From IMG/VR virus record IMGVR_UViG_3300048851_000238, positions 1 to 44,636 of that record: DNA of 44,636 nt, one strand, 5' to 3'. Each line of letters begins with the position of its first letter. The first letter of the stretch is position 1. Positions 1 through 8,722 of the stretch are shown here, piece after piece. Both the position numbers and the translations under genes were made by a program. The stretch is from a virus (Duplodnaviria > Caudoviricetes). The notes beneath the pieces were generated by a model. The model was not told the DNA's origin. It made no database searches and worked only from the letters and a program-made list of their open reading frames with translations.

Positions 1-807
1 GTGCTAAAGCCCCTTTTTGACAAGCATTCCATCGAAGCGGTGACGCTGCTCTGCGAGTTCACTGCGGATATCGATAAGGCCGGGCTGGATTTCATACGTG
101 GGGAATCGAAGCTCCTTCAGCGCAAGCTGCCCTACCGAAGGGTCAAGCGTAGAGGTGTACTCGGTGCGGCTGTTCACGATTTAAGCGCTGCACAACCTGA
201 AGTTTTGGGTTTTATGTTCCTCCAAAAAACATTGGACGAAGAAACAGAAATATTTGAAATAAGCGGCGAGCGCGCGAGCTTCACTTCCAAAGCTTATTCA
301 AATTTTGAAAGTTTTTTCGCTGACAGCTCATTCTTTTTAGAAAAGGCAAATGATGCTTTTTCAATCTCAGGTGCCAAACTAAAAAGAGTGATGCTTCGAT
401 ACAAAGATGCTTTCAGCTCAAAAGAAATTGACTGGGAACCTTACGAATCATTGCGTCAGGGGTCTCCGTACTTGCCAGTACCTGTGATAAAGAAGGGAGA
501 CTTTTGGCATTGTGAGGCAGGTTTCTTTGTCCATAGCGAAAACGAAGATGTTCTGCTTAACAATTATAGAGTTGAGCACACAGTGGTTCAGAATGAAGAA
601 GATGCTGGGGACTTTGAGTTCTTTCTCAACATCTATCTTACTCATCTACTGGAAAGTAAGGCATTACGAGAAGCTGACAGCTTCACTATTGCTTTACGAG
701 ATGTTGTAGACAAGTTAAGAAAAGAACACCGGATCATTTTTTCGGGCATATTGTCCGATGATTTATCTGCAAGGATTGGCCTTTTAACGCCAGAGCAGGA
801 GTCGTAA
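1..807 (+). CDS. TIGR04255-family-like protein
   Basis: N-terminal 'HSIEAVTLLCEF', central 'LKRVMLRYKDAF', 'WHCEAGFF' and C-terminal 'HRIIFSGILSDDLSARIGL' match my recollection of the family pattern; start is at the window edge. Confidence 0.7.
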   Translation: MLKPLFDKHSIEAVTLLCEFTADIDKAGLDFIRGESKLLQRKLPYRRVKRRGVLGAAVHDLSAAQPEVLGFMFLQKTLDEETEIFEISGERASFTSKAYSNFESFFADSSFFLEKANDAFSISGAKLKRVMLRYKDAFSSKEIDWEPYESLRQGSPYLPVPVIKKGDFWHCEAGFFVHSENEDVLLNNYRVEHTVVQNEEDAGDFEFFLNIYLTHLLESKALREADSFTIALRDVVDKLRKEHRIIFSGILSDDLSARIGLLTPEQES

Positions 808-808
808 A

Positions 809-1447
809 ATGAACGCACATCAGCTTTTAGACACAAGCAGATTTTTGGCGACTAATAACGACTCTCAGTTTCTTGAGAAATTTAACAATCTGTCCCCATC
901 TAGAATCTTCAAGTTTACTCTTGATACATGCTTGGAGATGGTGGAAAAAACCACGATTTCTGAGCCTCACTTCCGCTGGGAAGATCTAAGCTCCGTAATA
1001 ATATCCCCATCGGATTATCAGTTCACCCAATTCCAAGATGCGGACTACGAACTGGTATCTATAGAAGAGGATGACATTCCGCTCAGGGATTTCTGCAGTC
1101 AAGCGCTTGACTCAATCGACCTGTATAGAACCTTAGAAGATGGCTGGGATGACGACGGCGCACCGGCACCGTCGCACTCTTCCTTAGATGACGCTGAGAT
1201 CATGCTGAGATTAGTGAGTACTGAAGTGGATCAATGCCCGGATATCGTTGCTATGCTAGATTTCGAGGGCATCCCTAGCCTAGCTTTTGATTCCGCCAAG
1301 AAATACATATCTATTGCGTTTTATGGCGATGATAGCGCTGTTACCTACACGCTCAATAGAAAAACCAACCAAAGCTGCTCAGATAGTTTCAATCTCTATG
1401 AAAGGGAACACCTTAAATCTTTCATTACGTCAATCAGTAATCTGTAA
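809..1447 (+). CDS. Hypothetical protein with 'LEDGWDDDGAPAP' motif (possible antitoxin)
   Basis: 212-aa ORF starting 1 nt after the ORF1 stop; acidic; I recall the DGWD-x-x-GA-x-AP motif in neighbours of TIGR04255 genes. Confidence 0.7.
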   Translation: MNAHQLLDTSRFLATNNDSQFLEKFNNLSPSRIFKFTLDTCLEMVEKTTISEPHFRWEDLSSVIISPSDYQFTQFQDADYELVSIEEDDIPLRDFCSQALDSIDLYRTLEDGWDDDGAPAPSHSSLDDAEIMLRLVSTEVDQCPDIVAMLDFEGIPSLAFDSAKKYISIAFYGDDSAVTYTLNRKTNQSCSDSFNLYEREHLKSFITSISNL

Positions 1448-1456
1448 GGGTGTACT

Positions 1457-2038
1457 ATGCCTGGGCGGATCGTCGATATTTTTGACGTAAGTAAGACAAA
1501 GGCTGAAAATCGTTTCAAATGCATTGCCTCCTGCAATTATGCAGAGGCAATGCTTAACGAAGCAGAGGCGATTAGAATAAGGGAAGGAAGCGCTCCCATA
1601 TCACGTGACCAGCCATTAGCGAGAGTTGTCGAAAGCCCGAGTCATGCCGATGACCAAGCGAAAGCTTTCAAAGACATAGCATTTGCAGAAGCATTCAAGC
1701 GTGGAATTTCTGTCCAACAACTAGGCCTGACCACAAATGAGTCAATTCATGCATTCGGTTTGGAGAAGGTGAAACGATTTAATGAAAATAAATCCGCTGA
1801 CAAACAGCGTACCTACCTAGGATACGTTGTATCCCTATGCGCTGTATTTCGTGATGCGAGAGCTACCGATGGAAGAAGACTGTTCGGAGTTTTTTCTACG
1901 CCAGAGGACGGAGCTGTATCACACGCGGATATCTTTGTGGTTATTCAACCAGGACCAGGTGACAAGCTTGCAATCCAGCAAAGATTTCACGATTATTTCA
2001 AGCTTAGTGAAATTATTCGCCCATCTTTTCCTGCATAA
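1457..2038 (+). CDS. Hypothetical protein, possible ADP-ribosyltransferase/RES-like toxin fold
   Basis: 193 aa; 'LARVVESP', 'GISV' and 'SHADIF' give an R...S...H pattern resembling ART-like toxins; function inferred. Confidence 0.5.
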   Translation: MPGRIVDIFDVSKTKAENRFKCIASCNYAEAMLNEAEAIRIREGSAPISRDQPLARVVESPSHADDQAKAFKDIAFAEAFKRGISVQQLGLTTNESIHAFGLEKVKRFNENKSADKQRTYLGYVVSLCAVFRDARATDGRRLFGVFSTPEDGAVSHADIFVVIQPGPGDKLAIQQRFHDYFKLSEIIRPSFPA

Positions 2039-2265
2039 GTTCACTATCCAGCCGTTGGTAACTAGGCGTGGGTTCTCGAGCCAATGCCTTACTCACTAAC
2101 CTCAAGCTAGCGCGGATTAAGGGTAGTTTTAGTCCGCAGTCTGGGGACGAATGGCCTTGGCGAAGGTGGCCAATTACTCCCGAGCGTGTCGGGTGCTACA
2201 CCTTCCGGCTACCGAACTGGGCCACCTTCAACGTCGAGTTCTCGCGGGGGGATACTCTATACCTG

Positions 2266-2751
2266 TTACTCCATTACCACAGAGAGTACATAGGAATGCT
2301 TGTTCAGCTTAGTTTTTGTCAAGGTAGCATGGCCGCTCCCTACCGCTAGCTTTATAGGCGCTGACCTCATAATCGCCTCATCAAACGCGTGCGGGATTGA
2401 TCGGCCTAGAGCTCGAACGGACAAACGCTTAGTCGCTTTGATCAACTCCCTCTTGGCATCCTCTTCTCCAGACGTCGAAATTATGCTCAAGTTTAATCTC
2501 ACCCGGTTTGGTGCGCCGTCAGAGCCCTCAGCGAGAAAGGCAATTCGATTCCCGTCAGCCTGGGCTGGCCTAACAAGTCTTTCAGAGCTCCGACAACCTT
2601 CCCGGCCGTCCTCATACTTGGTCCACTGCCCGGCGCGCAACTCGGTGTCGTAAAGCACAGAGCATATTTTGGCTAGCGACTGCTCTTGAATATCTGCTAA
2701 ACAACTTGAGGCTAATGAGAAGGCGGCAAGCCCCAGAACTAAACGTAGCAT
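2266..2751 (-). CDS. Secreted/periplasmic protein, DUF6030-like
   Basis: Signal-peptide-like N-terminus (MLRLVLGLAAFSLASSCLA); C-x-S...N-x-IAF...L-x-LNL pattern. Confidence 0.55.
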   Translation of the reverse strand: MLRLVLGLAAFSLASSCLADIQEQSLAKICSVLYDTELRAGQWTKYEDGREGCRSSERLVRPAQADGNRIAFLAEGSDGAPNRVRLNLSIISTSGEEDAKRELIKATKRLSVRALGRSIPHAFDEAIMRSAPIKLAVGSGHATLTKTKLNKHSYVLSVVME

Positions 2752-3117
2752 CAACAATTCCCTATAGATGACGGATTATGCGGCGCAGATTCTCCCACTG
2801 TTTTCGGCCAACTGCCACCATGCGGCGTTGAAACCAAGCTATCGAAATGTTCTATGTCGATCCATCCAGGCTGCTTAGTCACCCGTCAGATGCAAGAGCT
2901 TGATCAACGCCACGTGCAGAGTCTTAATGGGACATTGCTAAAGAAGACATGATGCCCCAATGGTAGAGTTTGCCTGGCCTTAGCCGCCCAGGCTGCTGGT
3001 TTCTGCATCGCGGGGGTGGCCGTACAATGCGCGGAGCGTGTGTTAACCCGCATTGGGTGCACCATCACGGGATGAAGCGGCAGGGCCTGGATGGGTATTC
3101 AGTCCGATGCTTGGCCC

Positions 3118-3378
3118 CTAGGCGGCGGAAGATCTCAAGCAGGCACGGGTTACGAGCTCTCGAAGCAGTATCCATTGCTCGGCATTGAGTAGCTCAAGAT
3201 CCTCCAAAGCGTGCATGTACGCGGTGATATGGTCTACCCACTTCTCCTTGTGGGCAAGTGAGCCGGCTGCCTGGATCGACTGAAGATATTGAGCGAGTCG
3301 TACTTGGACTGCATTCGTAGGCGAGAGAGATGCAAGGGCATATAAGTCCTCTTCAAGCGTGAACGCTGGCGATTTCAT
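3118..3378 (-). CDS. Small helical hypothetical protein
   Basis: 86-aa ATG ORF; no recognised family. Confidence 0.55.
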   Translation of the reverse strand: MKSPAFTLEEDLYALASLSPTNAVQVRLAQYLQSIQAAGSLAHKEKWVDHITAYMHALEDLELLNAEQWILLRELVTRACLRSSAA

Positions 3379-3499
3379 ATCAATTTGTCTCGCTATTCGT
3401 TCACTATATCGCGCCTTTATACGCGCTTTGGCTTGGTTCGTTGCCAGTATTTCATTGAGGCTCAGAGCCCCCGCCTAGAAGATCAGGGGAAAGGGCCGG

Positions 3500-3943
3500 T
3501 CACGCCAGCGCCCGCCGCACACCCTCAGCAATAACTGCCGGGGCGTAGGGGTTGCCGCCATTCTCATGCTTGATAATGGCCGTCACGACGCACAGCAGAA
3601 TGCGGGTGTCTCGAATGTTGATGCTTTCGTTCGGTAGCACACCGGCAGCGGCCGATACCTGATTGATGTACACCTCGGTGTTGTTCTCGACTGAAGGAGC
3701 CCATCGGTTGATAGTCTCGCGGACCGTGTCAATGCCCTGCAGGCCGACGCCTGGCATACCGTCCTTTCCACGATAGTTGATCAGCAGCTTAGCCAAAGCA
3801 CGGATGCCGTTTTCTGGTGAGTCGAACCGGGCGAAGCGTTTCTCGATAAGCGGATCTGGCGGAAGCTGGCCCTGCCAGTTGTTGCGTGGGTTGTAGTCAA
3901 TGTTTCCGGGGTTGTTATTTCGAAGTCCGCGAGCAATGGCCAT
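3500..3943 (-). CDS. Putative endolysin (lysozyme-like, 'RGLRNNNPGNI' / P5-like family)
   Basis: RNNNPGNI, F.SPE.GIRA, INRWAP..ENNT and IIKHENG motifs; GGAGGA RBS; no other lysin in the prophage. Confidence 0.75.
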   Translation of the reverse strand: MAIARGLRNNNPGNIDYNPRNNWQGQLPPDPLIEKRFARFDSPENGIRALAKLLINYRGKDGMPGVGLQGIDTVRETINRWAPSVENNTEVYINQVSAAAGVLPNESINIRDTRILLCVVTAIIKHENGGNPYAPAVIAEGVRRALA

Positions 3944-3959
3944 GATACTTTCCTCCAGA

Positions 3960-5813
3960 ATCGAGTAGGAGGCGGATTCACATCCGCCGTCCTCTCACAC
4001 CACCGTACGTACGGTTCCGTATACGGCGGTTCAGGTTATGCGGCTAAGCCGGTTGATCGTATCCAGTATTGAGACCAGCCCAAGGCCATCCCACAGTTTC
4101 TTCGGCAGTGCCTGATTCATATGTGGCGCTCCCGAGTTCCACCATGGGCCTCGGCCATTGACGGCTGATTTCCACGCACGCTCTCCATCGAGCCCAAGAC
4201 GCACAAGGTTACGAACCCTCGTTGAGGGACGCTTCCATTGCCTCCATAGGGCGCAGCGAAGCTTGTGACGCACCCATCCATCAACCGTCTCCAAGGCTCT
4301 TTTGCCTTGGGTGAGCTTGAAGTAGCCTGCCCAACCACGCAGCACCGGGTTTATCCGCTCGACGACGTATGCCATCTTGCGGCCCCGCGCACCACGCAGC
4401 AGTTCCTTGAGCCGGTCGCGCAGGCGCCGCAAGCTCAAGGTGGCTATTCGAAGCCTCGGCTGTTGATGCCAGCTCATTCCATACCCGAGGTAGTTGCAGA
4501 TCCACGATCCTGCCACTCGGCTCTTTCCTCGATTCAGCGTCAGTTGCAGATGCTGGTTCAGGAAACGCTCAACGCTGTTCATCACCCGCTCGCCCGCTCG
4601 AGGACTGCACACATAAATGTTCGCGTCATCGGCGTAGCGCACGAAACGATGGCCTCGGCGCTCCAGTTCCCGGTCAAGTTCGTCAAGCAGGATGTTCGAC
4701 AACAACGGCGAGAGCGGGCCGCCTTGCGGCGTCCCTTCTTGCCGTTGGCTGACGATCCCGCCCGACATGACTCCGGCTTCGAGATAGCGGCGGATCAGCC
4801 TGAGCACCCGCTTGTCTTCGACGCGACGCTGCACGCAGGCCATCAGGATGTCGTGATTGACCCGATCAAAGAACTTTTCAAGATCAAGCTCCACGCACCA
4901 ACGATGTCCCGCCGCCACATGGGCACGGGCCGTTTCGATGGCTTGATGAGCGCTTCTGCCCGGACGAAAGCCGTAGCTGTAATCCGAGAACAGAGGGTCG
5001 AAGCTCGGCGTGAGTTGTTGCAGCAGAGCTTGCTGGATCAGGCGATCCACGACACTGGGAATCCCCAGTTGTCTTGTTCCGCCTTGCTGTTTGGGAATTT
5101 CAACCGCGCGCACTGCCTGGGGATGGTACTCACCGGCCAGCAATCTGGCTTTGAGGATGGGCCAATACTGTTTCACATAGCCCGCCAACTGGTCGACCGT
5201 CATGCCATCGGCACCCGGCGCGCCCTTGTTACTGACCACACGTTGATACGCACGTTTGAGGTTGGCCGGCGCAAGCACCCGCTCCATCAGCGTGTCCGGC
5301 TCCGCGTTCGTCCACGTTACAGACGCCGTCGATACCTTTGCCCTGTCAGCCGTCATCCTCGGATACCGTCCGGGACTTGGGGTAACAGCTTCTCTGGGAG
5401 AAGTTTCTGCATTTCGGTATTCAACGAGACCATAGCGCCTACTAACGGCATAACCTGTTCGGCCCTTGGTGACGGGGTTATTCGCCACTTACTACGGCCT
5501 CGGCTGACTTCTGCACGCTCATCCCGTCGCCTCACGACGCTCGGTAGCACTGTGGCAAATGTGCAGATCTCCCAGGGTAATTCGCGCGACCTTCCTGCTT
5601 ATGCCTGTCGGATCTACGTCACAGCGTTCCGTGCAAGTACTGGGCTTTGACGATTTCGGCCGTCTTACCCCGCTGCGCCACCCGCGACACCCTTGCCTCT
5701 GGCTAACACTTCCCCTTGCCGGGTGTGTAGAGGACTTTCACCTCCAAGTCACCAGCGAGGCCACCACAGCCAAACTGGTTGCGCTTGCGCGCAACGCGCC
5801 ATGCCTGGCGCAC
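3960..5813 (-). mobile_element. Group II intron, bacterial class C (IIC)
   Basis: 5' end GTGCGCC at 5813; domain V GAACCGCCGTATACGGAACCGTACGTACGGTGGTG with CGC triad; DVI ending ...CCTACTCGAT at 3960; inserted 2 nt after the U-tract of an intrinsic terminator. Confidence 0.95.
4031..5356 (-). CDS. ltrA: Group II intron reverse transcriptase/maturase, no endonuclease domain
   Basis: NKGAPGADG, RQLGIP, GFRPGRS, DLEKFFD, GTPQGGPLSP, RYADD and maturase GW..YF motifs; stop overlaps DV; start codon uncertain. Confidence 0.93.
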   Translation of the reverse strand: MTADRAKVSTASVTWTNAEPDTLMERVLAPANLKRAYQRVVSNKGAPGADGMTVDQLAGYVKQYWPILKARLLAGEYHPQAVRAVEIPKQQGGTRQLGIPSVVDRLIQQALLQQLTPSFDPLFSDYSYGFRPGRSAHQAIETARAHVAAGHRWCVELDLEKFFDRVNHDILMACVQRRVEDKRVLRLIRRYLEAGVMSGGIVSQRQEGTPQGGPLSPLLSNILLDELDRELERRGHRFVRYADDANIYVCSPRAGERVMNSVERFLNQHLQLTLNRGKSRVAGSWICNYLGYGMSWHQQPRLRIATLSLRRLRDRLKELLRGARGRKMAYVVERINPVLRGWAGYFKLTQGKRALETVDGWVRHKLRCALWRQWKRPSTRVRNLVRLGLDGERAWKSAVNGRGPWWNSGAPHMNQALPKKLWDGLGLVSILDTINRLSRIT

Positions 5814-5815
5814 CG

Positions 5816-5842
5816 AAAAAAAGCCCGCTCAATGGCGGGCTC
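5816..5842 (-). terminator. Intrinsic terminator; target site of the class C intron
   Basis: Minus strand AGCCCGC-CATTGA-GCGGGCT followed by a T-tract. Confidence 0.85.
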
Positions 5843-5866
5843 AGATATTTGATGCAGGCCGAGCTA

Positions 5867-6142
5867 TCAGCTCGGGCTTATGTAAACCGGTGGGTCACGG
5901 ACGTCGGCGAGAACTTCTCTAAGCTCCTGCCATGGGTAAAGGCCAAGTCCCTTTGCGGTGCAGTCGTGTTGATGCTCGAAAGGCTGACCAGCTTCATCCA
6001 CGCTCTGTGCGTTGAGACACTCGCAGCACAGCACGAAGCTCCCGAACATAGACCACCGGCCAGTCCAGCCGATGACCCTTGTACTGAGAACTTCACTTTG
6101 GCTGAGTTTGTGGCAGTAGCTGATTACGTCAAAGTCCGACAT
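5867..6142 (-). CDS. Small Cys/His-containing hypothetical protein (moron-like)
   Basis: GGAGG RBS; CCEC...FEHQHDC...YPW motif; own downstream terminator. Confidence 0.7.
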   Translation of the reverse strand: MSDFDVISYCHKLSQSEVLSTRVIGWTGRWSMFGSFVLCCECLNAQSVDEAGQPFEHQHDCTAKGLGLYPWQELREVLADVRDPPVYISPS

Positions 6143-6275
6143 CGCACACCTCCATATGCTTGGTTGGGAACATCCGAATTCCTCTGTCCAAGAATTTATA
6201 GCGCAAGGTAGAGGTGGCCTTCTATCCGTTCGCTATTGATGCGTGCTCGGCTATTCGCAGCCGCGATAAACGATT

Positions 6276-6644
6276 TCAGACCACGTCGAGAGTTATGGCC
6301 TGCGGGTCTGCCTCAATGTTCGGTATGACTGGCTCGGTTGGCCACACTGGTGCAGCAGGCCACGTCGACTGTTTCGTCACTTTGCCCAGAGCAAACTTGT
6401 ATGCCTTCCAAGCCGCTGCGCTCACAAGCAAATCCGCCTGCTCTGCTTCGTCTTCCTCAGTGGCCTCGCCTGCATCAATGCCATAGCCCAACGTGTCGAT
6501 ACGATCCTGAATACGCAGAATCTGGGAAGCGGCTCGGGCGTTGCGCGCTGCAAGCTCGGCTTTCATGCGAATAAGATGATCGGCCAGTGCAGCAGCATCT
6601 TTCATTTCTTTGGTGATCAATTGCGACCAGTCGATATTGCTCAT
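6276..6644 (-). CDS. Tail fibre assembly-like protein
   Basis: MSNIDWSQLITK start; AW..YK..L...WP...WP..P C-terminal motif. Confidence 0.8.
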   Translation of the reverse strand: MSNIDWSQLITKEMKDAAALADHLIRMKAELAARNARAASQILRIQDRIDTLGYGIDAGEATEEDEAEQADLLVSAAAWKAYKFALGKVTKQSTWPAAPVWPTEPVIPNIEADPQAITLDVV

Positions 6645-6964
6645 TGGTCCAGCCCCATATCAGTTGATGGCAACGGCTTCGGGAACACCACTGGGCCATC
6701 CGGAACCGCAATCAGATCATCCGGAAATGCCTGCTCCTGACTGTAGTTCTGGGGAAGCGGTAGCAGCAATGTGACGACCATTTCCCCGCCAGTAAGCTCA
6801 ACGTCGCCCGCGAACCATTCCGAATCGATTGCTGAGTTGGGGAGCGTTGAGCCCTCTGTCATCGGTGAAAGGTCGAAAACAACACCATTTAGAGTGAGAA
6901 TGTTTCCACTCTTGCTAACTTCAAGAGTGTCATCGCGTCGCTGGGGTGCCAGTTTGATTCTCAT
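6641..6964 (-). CDS. Tail-fibre-associated hypothetical protein
   Basis: MRIKLAPQRRDD...LTLLLP...AFP; TAATG-coupled to the tail fibre gene. Confidence 0.75.
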   Translation of the reverse strand: MRIKLAPQRRDDTLEVSKSGNILTLNGVVFDLSPMTEGSTLPNSAIDSEWFAGDVELTGGEMVVTLLLPLPQNYSQEQAFPDDLIAVPDGPVVFPKPLPSTDMGLDQ

Positions 6965-8007
6965 TACTTCCACCTCCCATATGCCACAAGGTTGATCCAT
7001 GCCCCACCCGGGAGGCTATTAAGAGCTGATAGGGCGCGATAGTATCCCCAAGACGTATTAGTTGGTTTTTGGTAACAGGCAGCAATAAGGCCGTCTGAAG
7101 CATAGGGTGACGGCGTATAAGCAGTCGCGACGACCACTGGCTCAACTACGAATGCAGCGGGAAAAGAGGCTCCGGCATTGGTGCCGGTTCCCCAAAGAGC
7201 ACCTACCGCAGCCGTTAACGTCCCGACACTTAACTGCGTCGAGCAAATCATTGTTCCATCTGAGTACTTTGTATAATTACCGCCGGATGTGGAGCCGCGC
7301 TCGCTTATATTAACGCCGTTGAGCCGTATGCCTCCAGGCACATCCAGCACACCCTCATAGCTGAGCGTAGTAATAGGCCCGCTTGCCGTGTTGTCGCTGT
7401 TCACACTTCGAAAGCTATAGCCGCCCAGCCCTCCACCCCTGTTCACGATGAAGTTTGCCGATCCGGCAGCACCCTCGCCGTTCCAGCCTACATAAAAGCC
7501 GTTTGTTCCGAAGCCGGTAGCTGCTCCACGCAAAGCCACGCTTTTGAGGATCAAGTCAGCAGTGGCATTCTTTAATCCGAGGTTTGTTTGGGCTGCAGCC
7601 GCATCCTTTGCACCTGTCCCACCCTTGTCGACAGGCACTGTGTTCTCAGTCGCTACCGTTCCGAGCTGCAGGGCGTTGCGGAGGCCGGCCGGCGTGCCTT
7701 GGTTTCCGAAAACAGCTAGGGTTGATCCGAACTGATTGTTCAGCGCATTGAATGCATCGGCTAAAGCTTTGGGATAGCCATTTATGGGTACCAGCGCATA
7801 AGTGCCTGCACCATTAGTTGCCCCAAGGTAGTACGGCGAGATCGCCAGCGCAGTGTCACTAGCGATGTTGGTTATCTCATACCATCTGCCGTCAGGCCCT
7901 AGGAAACCGTCTCCTACCCGACTATTGGCGATAAATGATGTGTTTGTGCCAATTACTGTGTTCGAATTCTGGACGACCGAAACCGTCCCGGCTTTGTACC
8001 AGGGCAT
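6964..8007 (-). CDS. Tail fibre / receptor-binding protein
   Basis: MPWYKAGTVSV N-terminus; VPVDKGGTGA repeat; YTKYSDGTMIC...AYGRWK C-terminal domain. Confidence 0.85.
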   Translation of the reverse strand: MPWYKAGTVSVVQNSNTVIGTNTSFIANSRVGDGFLGPDGRWYEITNIASDTALAISPYYLGATNGAGTYALVPINGYPKALADAFNALNNQFGSTLAVFGNQGTPAGLRNALQLGTVATENTVPVDKGGTGAKDAAAAQTNLGLKNATADLILKSVALRGAATGFGTNGFYVGWNGEGAAGSANFIVNRGGGLGGYSFRSVNSDNTASGPITTLSYEGVLDVPGGIRLNGVNISERGSTSGGNYTKYSDGTMICSTQLSVGTLTAAVGALWGTGTNAGASFPAAFVVEPVVVATAYTPSPYASDGLIAACYQKPTNTSWGYYRALSALNSLPGGAWINLVAYGRWK

Positions 8008-8041
8008 GGCATTCTCTCTACTTAATAGTGTTTGGATGGTT

Positions 8042-8722
8042 TTAGGACTGAATCTTTGCGAATACAGCTGGCAGAAAAAATGCGGTTGGGTTAGCTGCGG
8101 CGACAGTTATTGCGTAAAGCTTTTGATTAGGGAAATCCCACCAGCAATACAGATCTCTTGGTATGCCGCTCCCGGAATTAAGTGGCATGCTGAATGAATT
8201 CAGAAGCAGGTATTCATTCTCCGGAAATTCGAACGGAACGGAATAGTAAACTCGGGTCAACCCTTGATCGCCAGTGTCATGCTTCTCGTGGTTCCAGTTC
8301 TGGAATGCGCGAGTGAAATTAGCATTCGGGGTTCCGGAGTCGAACAGTAGGCTGGAAGCTCCATCCCAGAGGCGCATACCGAAATTTGCTACAGCTTGTG
8401 CTCCAAAGGAGGAAACAAAATAACGGCCATTTGGTTGCGCTGTCTTAACGTCGTAGGCCCGGACGTAAAAGCCTGTCCAGTTTCCGGGAGATCCCAGTAG
8501 CCTCATCCTGCACAGCCCGGCAACCATGTTCACCGTGTCAGGTCTGATGAACACTAGAGGCGGTTCTTGCGAGGTAACTGCCCTCGGAAAGTAGGTAGAA
8601 GAACCAAGACCTCCCTCTTCCGTGGGACTGAATCTTCCTGAGGCTATGACCATTAACCTAGCGTATTCAGAATCGAGCGTCACAACATCACTGTTATTAA
8701 CAAACTGCAGCCCATAAGCCAT
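8042..8722 (-). CDS. Tail tip accessory protein
   Basis: YGLQFVN...GMRLWD...LLFDS motif; position after J. Confidence 0.7.
   Translation of the reverse strand: MAYGLQFVNNSDVVTLDSEYARLMVIASGRFSPTEEGGLGSSTYFPRAVTSQEPPLVFIRPDTVNMVAGLCRMRLLGSPGNWTGFYVRAYDVKTAQPNGRYFVSSFGAQAVANFGMRLWDGASSLLFDSGTPNANFTRAFQNWNHEKHDTGDQGLTRVYYSVPFEFPENEYLLLNSFSMPLNSGSGIPRDLYCWWDFPNQKLYAITVAAANPTAFFLPAVFAKIQS

Noticed and set aside
2970-3188. 72-aa plus-strand ORF and weak hairpins
   Set aside because: TTG start, no clear RBS, and overlaps the opposite-strand gene; insufficient evidence.
4265-5650. 461-aa plus-strand ORF
   Set aside because: Antisense shadow of the GC-rich RT gene with no recognisable motifs.
4031-5813. 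Retron or defence-associated RT
   Set aside because: Intron boundaries and the terminator target fully explain the locus; no VTG retron motif.
4031-8007. Diversity-generating retroelement (RT close to a tail fibre gene)
   Set aside because: The RT has group II features (YADD, maturase domain, DV/DVI, GTGCG 5' end). I saw no TR/VR repeat pair or avd gene by eye.
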